64,000 bases of DNA from Dehalococcoidia bacterium. Lineage in GTDB: Bacteria > Chloroflexota > Dehalococcoidia > Plut-88900. Under the pieces are notes generated by a model. That model was not told the DNA's origin. It did not search any database and worked only from the letters and a program-made list of their open reading frames with translations. The first letter of the stretch is position 1; each line of letters opens with the position of its first letter. The translations under genes were made by a program, and so were the position numbers. Shown here in pieces: positions 40,513 through 49,915 of the stretch. The stretch is from positions 2,589,740-2,653,739 of the forward strand of contig OZ220734.1 in the NCBI GenBank assembly GCA_965116945.1, read 5' to 3'.

Positions 40513-41451
40513 CTACCTCACCGGCAGTAAATCAATATCAACCTGCTTTTGAGGCATTACTTCTCCCGCACGCGAAACCAGGCTTCCCGCCTTGAGCGTA
40601 TTAACCAGTAGCATCGCCACTGTCATCGGCCCTACACCACCGGGTACCGGGCTTATGGCACTGGCTCGCTCTTTCACACGCTCAAAATCCACATCCCCAA
40701 CCAGCCTGTAACCCTTCTCCCTGGTCCCGTCTTCCACCCGGTGCACCCCAACATCTATGACTACCGCACCCGGTTTCACCATATCCACCGAGATTTCTTC
40801 AGGCTGGTCAATGGCTGCAACAAGGATATCGGCCTGCTTGGTAACCTCGGCTAGGTTCTTCGTACCCGTATGGGCAACCGTAACCGTTGCGTTGGCTTCG
40901 GCATGCTTTTGCATCATAAGTGCAGCCAGCGGCCTCCCTACTATTAGGCTCCTGCCACAAATCACCACGTGCTTTCCGGCTGTCTCAACCCCCGACTCCA
41001 GTAACATTCTCTGGATCCCCGCAGGTGTGCACGGCACAAATCTCGGAGCCCCAATCAACAAAAGCCCGACATTGTCGGGATGCAGTCCGTCTACGTCCTT
41101 CATCGGGTCCACGGCGCTCGCGACTGCTAAGGGATCAATTTGGGCAGGCAATGGCAACTGCACCAAGATACCGTGGATAGAATCATCTTCGTTCAGGCAG
41201 TCCAGCAGACTGGTGACCTCTTTCTCGGCAGCGTCCGCGCCAAGTCTCATCGTCCTCGTTTCTATCCCCACTGCCCGGGCCGCACTTTCCTTAGTCTTCA
41301 CGTATACGTCCGAGGCCGGGTCATTGCCTACCATCAACACAGCCAGCTTCGGGACTACGCCCGAGTCCCTCTTCATCTTCAGCACCCCTACCCGCACCTC
41401 ATCCCGCACGATTTTGGCAATCTTTCGCCCGTCGATTAATTCAGCAGTCAT
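40513..41451 (-). CDS. folD: Methylene-THF dehydrogenase/cyclohydrolase
   Basis: GILVQLPLP, KDVDGLHP, PCTPAG, GRSLIVGRP and PVPGGVGPMT. Confidence 0.96.
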   Translation of the reverse strand: MTAELIDGRKIAKIVRDEVRVGVLKMKRDSGVVPKLAVLMVGNDPASDVYVKTKESAARAVGIETRTMRLGADAAEKEVTSLLDCLNEDDSIHGILVQLPLPAQIDPLAVASAVDPMKDVDGLHPDNVGLLLIGAPRFVPCTPAGIQRMLLESGVETAGKHVVICGRSLIVGRPLAALMMQKHAEANATVTVAHTGTKNLAEVTKQADILVAAIDQPEEISVDMVKPGAVVIDVGVHRVEDGTREKGYRLVGDVDFERVKERASAISPVPGGVGPMTVAMLLVNTLKAGSLVSRAGEVMPQKQVDIDLLPVR

Positions 41452-41607
41452 TCCGGCTATGCCTTTGTGAAATGTGGAACTTAACGCAATGTACCAAATT
41501 TCACAATGCTTTGCAACTACCCTGGATGACGAATTCTCCCTTTTGGGTTTACTATATGTGCCGGGGGAGCCTGCATGGCTCCCTCAAGAGCAATTTGAGG
41601 CGGATAT

Positions 41608-42513
41608 TTGCCTGCTTTCAAAGAAAAACTGGCGTCTGATTCCTTCCTGGTTACCGCAGAGGTCACCCCGCCCAAGGGCGTCAACATCGGGCCCGTCCTT
41701 TCAATCCTAGACTCCCTGGCCTCCGTAGACGCGGTTAACGTCACAGACCAGAACGCCTCGGTTATGAGGCTTGGCCCCCTGCCCCTTGGCAAAGTCATCC
41801 TCGACCGCGGTATCGAGCCCATCTGCCAGTTCACCTGTCGAGATCGCAACAGGATCGCCCTGCAGTCCGACCTCCTCGCTGCCAACGTCCTGGGCATTCA
41901 GAACATCCTCTGCCTCACCGGTGACCCCACAGGCACAGGTGACCACCCCGACGCCAAGCCCGTCTTCGACCTCAGCGTCATTGACCTCCTCCGCGCCGCA
42001 TCCGGCATGGAATCTGGCAAGGATCTCGCCGGAAACGACTTGAACGGAGCTCCCAGCTTCTGCCTCGGAGCGGCCGCCAACCCCGGCGCCCCTGATATCG
42101 ATCTGGAAGTTTCTCGCATGAATCAGAAGGTCGAGGCCGGCGTTCAATTCTTCCAGACTCAGGCCGTCTACGACCCCGACCAGTTCGCCCAGTTCATGGA
42201 AAAGGCCCGTCCCCTTAACGTTCCAATCCTTGCCGGCATACTCGTCCTTCACTCCGGCCGCATGGCCCGCTATCTCAACAACAACGTCCCCGGCATAGTC
42301 GTGCCCCAACACCTCATTGACGAAATAGACGCCGCCTCCGACAAACGGGAGAAAGGAATCGACATAGCCTCCCGTATAATCTCCGACGTCGTCCCACTCA
42401 CCCGCGGCATCCACATCATGCCTTTGGGTTGGGAACGGGATGTCCCTGGGCTTTTGCAACTCTCCGGAATCAACCCCTCCGAGCCCGATTCGGGGCCACC
42501 GGGCCCCGCATAG
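41608..42513 (+). CDS. metF: Methylenetetrahydrofolate reductase
   Basis: EVTPPKG, TCRDRNRIALQSDL, LTGDP and FFQTQ. Confidence 0.9.
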   Translation: MPAFKEKLASDSFLVTAEVTPPKGVNIGPVLSILDSLASVDAVNVTDQNASVMRLGPLPLGKVILDRGIEPICQFTCRDRNRIALQSDLLAANVLGIQNILCLTGDPTGTGDHPDAKPVFDLSVIDLLRAASGMESGKDLAGNDLNGAPSFCLGAAANPGAPDIDLEVSRMNQKVEAGVQFFQTQAVYDPDQFAQFMEKARPLNVPILAGILVLHSGRMARYLNNNVPGIVVPQHLIDEIDAASDKREKGIDIASRIISDVVPLTRGIHIMPLGWERDVPGLLQLSGINPSEPDSGPPGPA

Positions 42514-42563
42514 TGCCCTCACTATCCAAGACCCCTCTCGCCACATTCCTCCTCCTCCGAAAT

Positions 42564-43793
42564 ATGGAGAGTTGGAAGAGACAGGTGGCCCTTGTTTGCC
42601 TTGCCCAGGGCATAGCCTCCATTGGCTGGTCCTTCATGCAGCCCTTCTACCCCCTCTTCATCGAACAGGAATTGGGCGTAGATTCCGTGGCCGATGCAGC
42701 TTTCTGGGCCGGTGCCTCCTCTGGTGTTTTTGCCCTGTTCATGGGCATAGCCGGACCCTTCTGGGGCCACCTCGCCGACACCTACGGCCGAAAGCCCATG
42801 CTGGTGCGCGCCTACATGGCCGGGACCCTTGTCCTCATGTTCTCCGGCCTCATAACAAACATCCCTCAGCTTATAGGCGTCCGCATCCTCCACGGCGGAG
42901 TCTCCGGCAGCGTTGGCGCCGCTATGGCCCTTGCCGGCTCCTTCGTCCCCAGCAACCGCCTTCCCCTCGTGGTTGGCCTCCTCCAGTTCACTAGCTATTT
43001 TTCCATTACAATCTCGCCCTTTATCGGCGGTCAGCTTGCCGAGGCCTTCGGATTCAGGACCACTTACTTTATCTCCTCCGGTTTCGTATTCGCTGCGGGT
43101 CTCTCTATACTGGTTTTCGTCAAAGAGTCCTTCCAGAGGTCTGATGATAAGAGCGGCTCTCCCCTTGCCCTCTTCTCCGAGACCCGCCAGGTCCTCGCCA
43201 CCAAGGGCCTGCTTCCCGCCCTCCTCTTCGTCCCCATCATCCAGGGCGCACCGACCGTCCTCGCTCCCGTGGCCCCCGGCTTCATCCAGTCCATCACCGA
43301 CGCCAATCGCGCCATCTTCGATACCGGTCTCGCCTTTGGAGTCCTGGGATTTTGCTCGGGAGTCAGCGCCATATTCATAGGCAGAATGGGTTCAAAGTTG
43401 GACCTACGTGCGGTCCTGATCTTCTCCTGCATGGGCGCCTCCCTTTCCCTGCTGCCCCAGTTCTTTAACCACCAGTACTATATATTCGTCCTGCTGTTTG
43501 CCCTGTCAGGCCTGTTCAACGGGGCAATGATGACTTCCCTCAGCTCGATAGTCGGGCTTATGCTTCCGCGCAAGCACCTCGGGGCGGCATTCGGAATCCT
43601 AAACTCGGCATCCGCGATGGCCTGGGGCCTGGGCCCCTTGACCGGAGGGGGGCTCGCCTGGAGCATAGGCCACCGCCGAGTCTTCCTTGTCGAGTCCATA
43701 GTCCTCGCCGTCGCAGGCGCGTCCATAGCCGGAATCTTCAAGGGAATTCGTGTCCCGAGTCCCCCACCAACCCCAGACCCCGCCGAGGCCTGA
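42564..43793 (+). CDS. MFS transporter (MdtG/DHA1-like)
   Basis: WGHLADTYGRKPML motif A; about 12 hydrophobic segments. Confidence 0.88.
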   Translation: MESWKRQVALVCLAQGIASIGWSFMQPFYPLFIEQELGVDSVADAAFWAGASSGVFALFMGIAGPFWGHLADTYGRKPMLVRAYMAGTLVLMFSGLITNIPQLIGVRILHGGVSGSVGAAMALAGSFVPSNRLPLVVGLLQFTSYFSITISPFIGGQLAEAFGFRTTYFISSGFVFAAGLSILVFVKESFQRSDDKSGSPLALFSETRQVLATKGLLPALLFVPIIQGAPTVLAPVAPGFIQSITDANRAIFDTGLAFGVLGFCSGVSAIFIGRMGSKLDLRAVLIFSCMGASLSLLPQFFNHQYYIFVLLFALSGLFNGAMMTSLSSIVGLMLPRKHLGAAFGILNSASAMAWGLGPLTGGGLAWSIGHRRVFLVESIVLAVAGASIAGIFKGIRVPSPPPTPDPAEA

Positions 43794-43797
43794 CCCC

Positions 43798-45018
43798 CTA
43801 GTCCTTCGCGATCTCCGCCGCCCGGTCCAGCACTATGTGCGCTACCTCGATCTTGGGCAGTAGGGGCAACTCTTCCTTCTCGCCGTCCCTGCCAATAATC
43901 ACGACTCGGTTGGTATTCGACCCGAAACCGCTGCCTTCATCTGTGATGTTGTTGGCCACCATCAGATCGACACCCTTCTTCCGCATCTTTTCCCGTGCGT
44001 TGGCTTCCAGGTCCCGGCTCTCCGCCGCAAACCCCACCTTGACCAGCCCATCTCCCGCGGCCTCCGCCAGCACGTCGGCTGTCTGAGTCAACTCCAGCGT
44101 CATACCTCCACCCGACTTCTTAATCTTATGCTCCGCCTCCGTCACCGGCCTGAAGTCCGCTATTGCCGCCGCCATCACCAGTATGTCCGCCTTCGTGGCC
44201 CGGGCCACCACCTCCTGCCTCATATCCTCCGCCGTTTCAGCCCTCACGAATTCCACACCATATGGGGCCCTCAGCGCTGTTTGTGTGGAAACCAAAGTCA
44301 CAGAAGCCCCCCTATCCCGTGCGGCCTCCGCTATCGAGTACCCCATCTTCCCCGACGATCTGTTCCCGATGTGTCGCACTGGATCTAGCGGCTCCTGCGT
44401 CCCTCCAGCCGTAACAACAATCGACTTTCCAACCAGGTGTCCCTCCCGACCCAACTCTTGCTTCAGACCGCCTATGATGTCATCCACATCCGCCAACCTC
44501 CCCCTCCCCACCAACCCCGACGCCAGCCTCCCCTCCCCAGGCCCCACAAATGCCCATCCCCGTAAAGCCAGCTTCGAGACGTTCTCTTGAGTGGCCGGAT
44601 TCTCAAACATATACCCGTCCATGGCCGGGGCCAACACAACGGGCCTGCGCGTGGCTAACAGCATGCAGGTGAGCAAATCATCAGCCAGCCCGTTTGCCGC
44701 CTTGGCTATCACGTTCGCCGTAGCGGGCGCCACCAGGATAGCGTCACACGCTTCTGCGAGAGCTACGTGCTCAATCCCCGCGTCGGAGGCCGGGTCGAAG
44801 AGCTGGTGCAACACCGGTCTATGGGTCAGACTCCGGAACGTCAAAGGCTCCACGAACTGCGTCGCCCCGTCACTCATCACCACGTCAATTAGAGCGCCTT
44901 GCTGAACCAGCTTGCTCGTCAGGTCTGCTGCTTTGTAAGCAGCTATGCTCCCCGTGACACCCAGCACTATTCTTCTGCCACCCAGCCCCCTGCCCCTTGC
45001 GATACTATCCTTGCTCAT
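43798..45018 (-). CDS. coaBC: Bifunctional phosphopantothenoylcysteine decarboxylase/ligase
   Basis: GVTGSIAAYKA, PATAN, APAM, TAGGTQEPLDPVR and NRSSGKMG. Confidence 0.96.
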   Translation of the reverse strand: MSKDSIARGRGLGGRRIVLGVTGSIAAYKAADLTSKLVQQGALIDVVMSDGATQFVEPLTFRSLTHRPVLHQLFDPASDAGIEHVALAEACDAILVAPATANVIAKAANGLADDLLTCMLLATRRPVVLAPAMDGYMFENPATQENVSKLALRGWAFVGPGEGRLASGLVGRGRLADVDDIIGGLKQELGREGHLVGKSIVVTAGGTQEPLDPVRHIGNRSSGKMGYSIAEAARDRGASVTLVSTQTALRAPYGVEFVRAETAEDMRQEVVARATKADILVMAAAIADFRPVTEAEHKIKKSGGGMTLELTQTADVLAEAAGDGLVKVGFAAESRDLEANAREKMRKKGVDLMVANNITDEGSGFGSNTNRVVIIGRDGEKEELPLLPKIEVAHIVLDRAAEIAKD

Positions 45019-45782
45019 CTCGGGTTCAACTCGTGGATTAGCTTGAGCCCCTCCAGGGTCAGGTCCGGGTCGACCGTATCAAGCACATCCGTCTCCCCTG
45101 CCATTATCGCGGCCAGTCCCCCCGTCCCCACCACCGTGGCCTCACCCCCCAGCTCCTTTTTGAAACGCGCCACTAGCCCCTCAATGAGCCCAACGTACCC
45201 GTAAATCAACCCCGACTGCATGCTCGCCGGCGAGGTCCGGCCTATGGCACTCGGCGGTGCTTCCAATTCCACCCTGGTCAGCTTCGATGCCCTCGCCACA
45301 AGAGCCTCCGCAGCCACCCCGATGCCCGGCGCAATCGCCCCACCTAGGTACTCCCCGTCCTTGGAAATAGCATCAAACACAGTGGCCGTCCCCAGGTCCA
45401 CCACTATTACCGGCCCGCCATATTTATGATATGCCGCCACCGCATCGGCCACTCGGTCCGCACCCACGTCTCTCGGGTTCTCGTACAGTATTCGCATGCC
45501 CGTCTTGATTCCCATCCCCACCACCAGAGGTTTGAGCCCGAACTGCTTCTGGCAAAACTCCTCGAAGACTCCCGTAAGCGGCGGCACTACGCTGCAGACT
45601 ACTATCTCCGTGATCATTGAATCCGGCATTCCCCGGGTCAGCAGGAGCCCGTTAAACAGTACCGCGTACTCATCGGCCTGCTTGTTCACATCCGTCGAAA
45701 TCCGCCACGTCGCCGCCAAAGACTCACCGTCGTACACCCCAAGGGTTATGTTCGTGTTCCCTATGTCAATCGCCAAAAGCAT
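45015..45782 (-). CDS. coaX: Type III pantothenate kinase
   Basis: IDIGNTN, VGADR, VDLGTAT and GGAIAPG. Confidence 0.95.
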   Translation of the reverse strand: MLLAIDIGNTNITLGVYDGESLAATWRISTDVNKQADEYAVLFNGLLLTRGMPDSMITEIVVCSVVPPLTGVFEEFCQKQFGLKPLVVGMGIKTGMRILYENPRDVGADRVADAVAAYHKYGGPVIVVDLGTATVFDAISKDGEYLGGAIAPGIGVAAEALVARASKLTRVELEAPPSAIGRTSPASMQSGLIYGYVGLIEGLVARFKKELGGEATVVGTGGLAAIMAGETDVLDTVDPDLTLEGLKLIHELNPR

Positions 45783-45793
45783 GGCATTCCGGC

Positions 45794-46192
45794 TCAGTTA
45801 GCCTCTATCGGCATTAGCGCGATCCCGTCTACATACTCAAAGTGCCCGTCTGCCGACACCAGGTCCGCCCCCATCTCCATCGCATGAGCGGCTATCCAGA
45901 TGTCGTTTGTCGGAATCAGCCGACCCTTAATCCTCAGAGCTGTAGCTATTCTTGAGTAACGATCCGCTGTTGTCATGCCTATATTGGCAATTCTCACGTG
46001 TTGGGAATCCAGAAACGAATTCAAGGTCTCAAGGTTCCGTTGAAAATACCGCCCTCCGCGGAATCCAATCAATAATTCCCCTAATACAATCGCGGAGAAT
46101 AGGATCTCGTCTGCTCTTCGTACAATCTCAGCTACTTTCGCATCTCCGCGTTCAAGGTTTGAATAGGCGCTTGTATCAAGCAATATTCTCAT
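45794..46192 (-). CDS. vapC: PIN-domain toxin (VapC family)
   Basis: ILLDTSAY, LGEL, PTNDIWIAAHA and LVSADGHF; ATGA overlap with the upstream antitoxin. Confidence 0.9.
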   Translation of the reverse strand: MRILLDTSAYSNLERGDAKVAEIVRRADEILFSAIVLGELLIGFRGGRYFQRNLETLNSFLDSQHVRIANIGMTTADRYSRIATALRIKGRLIPTNDIWIAAHAMEMGADLVSADGHFEYVDGIALMPIEAN

Positions 46193-46455
46193 TGCCAAAT
46201 CGACTCATCAATCCTCTCGCATTCCTCCTCGATTATCGCGTTGAATTCATCCGCCTCTTCCTTGCTCCACTTGCCAAAAAGGTGATCAAGCGAGTTCCCC
46301 ACCCTACCCCTCCCCTCCCCACCATCCATCAGTCCCACCCCCCTCTTAAGAAGCTTCACCGCCGCCCGATTTAGTGAGATACCCTCTCGTTCCGCGAGAC
46401 TGCGTATCCTTTCCTTTAGGTCATCATCGAATCCCCTGATTGTCAGCTGGTTCAT
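46189..46455 (-). CDS. Ribbon-helix-helix antitoxin (FitA/VapB-like)
   Basis: MNQLTIRGFDDDLKERIRSLAEREGISLN RHH pattern and acidic C-terminus; lies upstream of vapC. Confidence 0.85.
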   Translation of the reverse strand: MNQLTIRGFDDDLKERIRSLAEREGISLNRAAVKLLKRGVGLMDGGEGRGRVGNSLDHLFGKWSKEEADEFNAIIEEECERIDESIWQ

Positions 46456-46472
46456 AGTTCATTCTCCCCAAA

Positions 46473-46513
46473 TGAGTCACTGTGTGAGTCATTATGCCTC
46501 ATAGGGTGCCTCA
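46473..46513. promoter_or_regulatory. Array of four heptamers, a likely antitoxin operator
   Basis: TGAGTCA at 46473 and 46485; TGCCTCA at 46495 and 46507. Confidence 0.6.
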
Positions 46514-48088
46514 CTTCAAATTCGGATTTGAAGCCTTCACCCCCCACCCTCCACCCCCCCTCACCGCCCCAGGCAGCCTAACCAGCAAATCGCTCGCCAC
46601 TAAACCCGCCTCCCCTATCTCCTCCCGACCCATCTCTCCCGCCACCCCGTGTAGGTACACCCCGGACAGCGCCGCCTCCCAGGCCCCCAATCCCTGCGCC
46701 ATGAGTCCCGCGATCGCCCCCGCAAGCACGTCCCCCGTACCCGCCGAGGCCAGACCCGGGTTCGCAAACGGGCTCACCACAGCCCTGCCATCGGCACGCG
46801 CCACCACCGTATGCGCCCCTTTCAAGACAACCGTCTTTCCCCACCTCCTCGCCGCCTCCCGAGCCGTCCCGATCCTGTCTCCCTGGATCTCTCGTGTCGA
46901 TGCCCCCATCAGCCTCGACATCTCTCCCGGGTGCGGCGTCAAAACAGCATCCCGGTTTAGCCTCTCCCACCACCCCTCCTCCGAGGCTAGAACGTTCAGC
47001 CCATCCGCATCAATCACCGCGGGCGACCCCTTCTCTCCCCTATCCAGGAGTAGCCCCTTCACCAACTCCCAGACCTGCAGATCCCTGCCCAACCCACACC
47101 CCACCAGCACCGCATCGGCCTGCTTCATTCCGTCTTCTATCGCAGACTTCCATTCTCTTGTCCCATCCCCATCTTCCAGCGGTATATAGGTCACCTCCGC
47201 CGCCCGCGCCCCGACAATCGCCCTCACCACCGGCGAGCAAGCCAGCGTCACAAGCCCCGCCCCGACCCTGGTTGCCGCCGCACACGCCAGGTATGCCGCC
47301 CCCACGTACTGCCCCGACCCTGCCACCGCTACCAGCCTCCCAAACGTCCCTTTGTGAGCGTCTGCCGGTCTCTGTGGCAGCAGCGCTTTCACCATCGGGC
47401 CTGTCAGCATTTCCAGAGAAATATGCTCCGCCAGCTCATCCGGTATCCCGATGTCCGCAACACGTAACTCCCCGACTCTCGCCGCACCCGGAAACGCGAA
47501 CATACCGACCTTAGGAAACCCAAGGGCAACCGTAAGGTCTGACTCCGGTCCCGCCGGGTCTCCCTCTCCCGAGTCCGCATCCACACCTGACGGAACGTCC
47601 ATTGCTGCTACCCTCAGGCTCGCATTGGATTCCCTCGCCTTATCCACCTCTGAGAATATCTCCTCCATATTCCCGGAGATCGGCCTGGAGCGACCTGTTC
47701 CAAGCACCGCATCAACCACAATCTCCGCCGCCCTCATTGCCTCACTCAACGTTTCCAGTCCGCCATCCTCATAGACAAGTACCGGCAGAAGCCCTCGTCT
47801 AATGAGCAATTGCAGGTTTTCATCCGCCTCCGACCTTGGGCTGCAAAGGCATACCTCAACGTTGGCCACCCAATCATGGAAGTACCGAGCGGCTACCAGT
47901 CCATCACCTCCGTTGTTTCCTGGCCCGACCAGCACAACCACGCGCTTCCCAGCTACCCCCTCAGCCCACTCCCTGACCTCTTCCGCAAACGCAAGCCCAG
48001 CATTCCCCATCAACTGGGTCGTCGCTATCCCTTCCGCCTCACAGCGACCCTCAATATCCCTCATCTCGGCGCTGCTTACTATCTTCAT
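46511..48088 (-). CDS. nnr: Bifunctional NAD(P)H-hydrate epimerase/dehydratase
   Basis: GPGNNGGDG, DAVLGTG, HKGTFG, DADGL, TPHPGEM and AGTGDVLAG. Confidence 0.95.
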   Translation of the reverse strand: MKIVSSAEMRDIEGRCEAEGIATTQLMGNAGLAFAEEVREWAEGVAGKRVVVLVGPGNNGGDGLVAARYFHDWVANVEVCLCSPRSEADENLQLLIRRGLLPVLVYEDGGLETLSEAMRAAEIVVDAVLGTGRSRPISGNMEEIFSEVDKARESNASLRVAAMDVPSGVDADSGEGDPAGPESDLTVALGFPKVGMFAFPGAARVGELRVADIGIPDELAEHISLEMLTGPMVKALLPQRPADAHKGTFGRLVAVAGSGQYVGAAYLACAAATRVGAGLVTLACSPVVRAIVGARAAEVTYIPLEDGDGTREWKSAIEDGMKQADAVLVGCGLGRDLQVWELVKGLLLDRGEKGSPAVIDADGLNVLASEEGWWERLNRDAVLTPHPGEMSRLMGASTREIQGDRIGTAREAARRWGKTVVLKGAHTVVARADGRAVVSPFANPGLASAGTGDVLAGAIAGLMAQGLGAWEAALSGVYLHGVAGEMGREEIGEAGLVASDLLVRLPGAVRGGGGWGVKASNPNLK

Positions 48089-48104
48089 CGGCTTCCCGTC
48101 ACCC

Positions 48105-48494
48105 TCACTCCAGCCTCTCTACCATCGCCACCGCCGATGCCACTGCAAATTCTTCCGAATGAGACAGGCTTATCGCAACTTCACCCATGCCCAGTTTCTG
48201 CGCCCGAGCCTCCGCCCTACGGTACAGCTTTACAGTTGGCTTGCCACTCGGCATCGGAAGTATCTCTATCTCCCTCCAGGCCACCCCCCGATTCCCCGTA
48301 CCGAGCACCTTCATTACCGCTTCCTTCCCCGCAAACCGCGCAGCCAGGTCAGGCACCCGTTTCCGATATCGTTCGATCTCTTTCGGCGTATACACCCTGT
48401 CCAGGAACTTCTCTCCCCACCTCTCCAGGGCCGCCTTGATCCGCGGAATTTCTGTTATGTCTACACCGACGCTCGGGAACCTGTCTTCAGCCAC
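48105..48494 (-). CDS. acpS: Holo-ACP synthase
   Basis: GVDITEI, ARFAGKEAVMK, SGKP and ISLSHS. Confidence 0.93.
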   Translation of the reverse strand: MAEDRFPSVGVDITEIPRIKAALERWGEKFLDRVYTPKEIERYRKRVPDLAARFAGKEAVMKVLGTGNRGVAWREIEILPMPSGKPTVKLYRRAEARAQKLGMGEVAISLSHSEEFAVASAVAMVERLE

Positions 48495-48919
48495 TATCTG
48501 CCCTCACCCAAAAAGGTAGCCGTGAGTATATCACCCAACCCCTCCCAACCCCGACTTCAACATCCTTGTCATTCCAAGGCTCCGGGAGAAATCTGGGGAG
48601 GGGACTCCACCGTCAGATAAGCATCCCTCTAGATATGTTGCTTGGAACGAACTGCTCAGAGCCTTCCTGATGTGCCATCGGACCCTTGCCTCCCGTCACC
48701 CCCTGTCCTTATCCTGTCTTTATGAAATTCCGCCGCCCCCCTACTTATGTGACCTTCCCCATCCGTAATGCCACCCTCGAATGCCCTCCAGAAAAAATCA
48801 CTTCCTTAAACAATTAAACTCGTGCCTGAATTGCCAAATCAATCAAACTTCGCTGCCTCACTAATGCCCCCACCCACCCCTTGCACCCCCATCGACCCCC
48901 CATTATCATCCCACCCGCA

Positions 48920-49915
48920 ATGGCCCACCCCCCTGATCCCAACGCAGCGAAAATCGTCGTCATAGGTGGCGGTACCGGCAACTTCGTCGTCCTGAACGGA
49001 CTCAAGCACCACACCCCTAACCTGACAGCCATCGTCTCCATGTCCGACAGCGGCGGCTCCTCCGGACGACTCCGAGATCAGCTAGGCCAGCTCCCTCCCG
49101 GAGACGTACGCCAGTGCCTCCTGGGCCTGAGCCCCGACAACCCCAACGACTCCATCCTCCGCCGCCTTCTAGACTATCGCTTCGACCGCGGCCAGGACCT
49201 TCAGGGCCACAGCTTCGGCAATCTGATGCTCGCCGCCCTCACCGAGCTCACGGGCAGCATGGCCCTTGCCATCATCGAAGCCGGACGAATGCTTCAGATT
49301 ACGGGCCGAGTTCTCCCTGTGACCCTGGACAATACCAACCTCAAGGCCAGACTCGTAGACGGCACAGTAGTCTCCGGAGAGGCCAGCATTGATGTCCGTG
49401 GCGTCAACCCCGGCGTTCATATTGAGTACGTATACCTGGACCCGCCTGCTCAGGTATACCCTCCCGTCGTGGCAGCCATCCTGGATGCCGACCTCGTGGT
49501 CATGGGCCCCGGCGACCTCTATACCAGCATCATCCCCAACCTTATGGTCGAAGGGGTTGGAGATGCCATTGCCCGCACCCGTGCCCCCGTTCTCTACGCC
49601 TCCAACATCATGACAAAGCCCGGAGAGTCAGACGGATTCAAGGTCTCCGATTTCGCCAGGGAGGTTAAGCGCTACATGGGTCCGGGTGGCCGCATCGACT
49701 ACCTGCTTGTCAACAACGGCCTCCTGCCTGTGGAAGCCGTCGAACGCTATAGCTCAAGCAATGCCTATCCCGTGGAGTTTGACTACGAAGCATGCGCTGT
49801 CATGGTCGGTCGCATAGTCAGCGGGCCCTTGGTAGGACACGGGCCCCAGATCAGGCACGACTCCCGCGCCCTCGCCGACATGATCATGGCCGTGGCCCGT
49901 GATCACGCCCCGTAG
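48920..49915 (+). CDS. YvcK/CofD-family (UPF0052) protein
   Basis: GGGTG, DSGGSSGRLR, PPGDVR, GHSFGNL and GPGDLYTSIIPNL. Confidence 0.9.
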   Translation: MAHPPDPNAAKIVVIGGGTGNFVVLNGLKHHTPNLTAIVSMSDSGGSSGRLRDQLGQLPPGDVRQCLLGLSPDNPNDSILRRLLDYRFDRGQDLQGHSFGNLMLAALTELTGSMALAIIEAGRMLQITGRVLPVTLDNTNLKARLVDGTVVSGEASIDVRGVNPGVHIEYVYLDPPAQVYPPVVAAILDADLVVMGPGDLYTSIIPNLMVEGVGDAIARTRAPVLYASNIMTKPGESDGFKVSDFAREVKRYMGPGGRIDYLLVNNGLLPVEAVERYSSSNAYPVEFDYEACAVMVGRIVSGPLVGHGPQIRHDSRALADMIMAVARDHAP

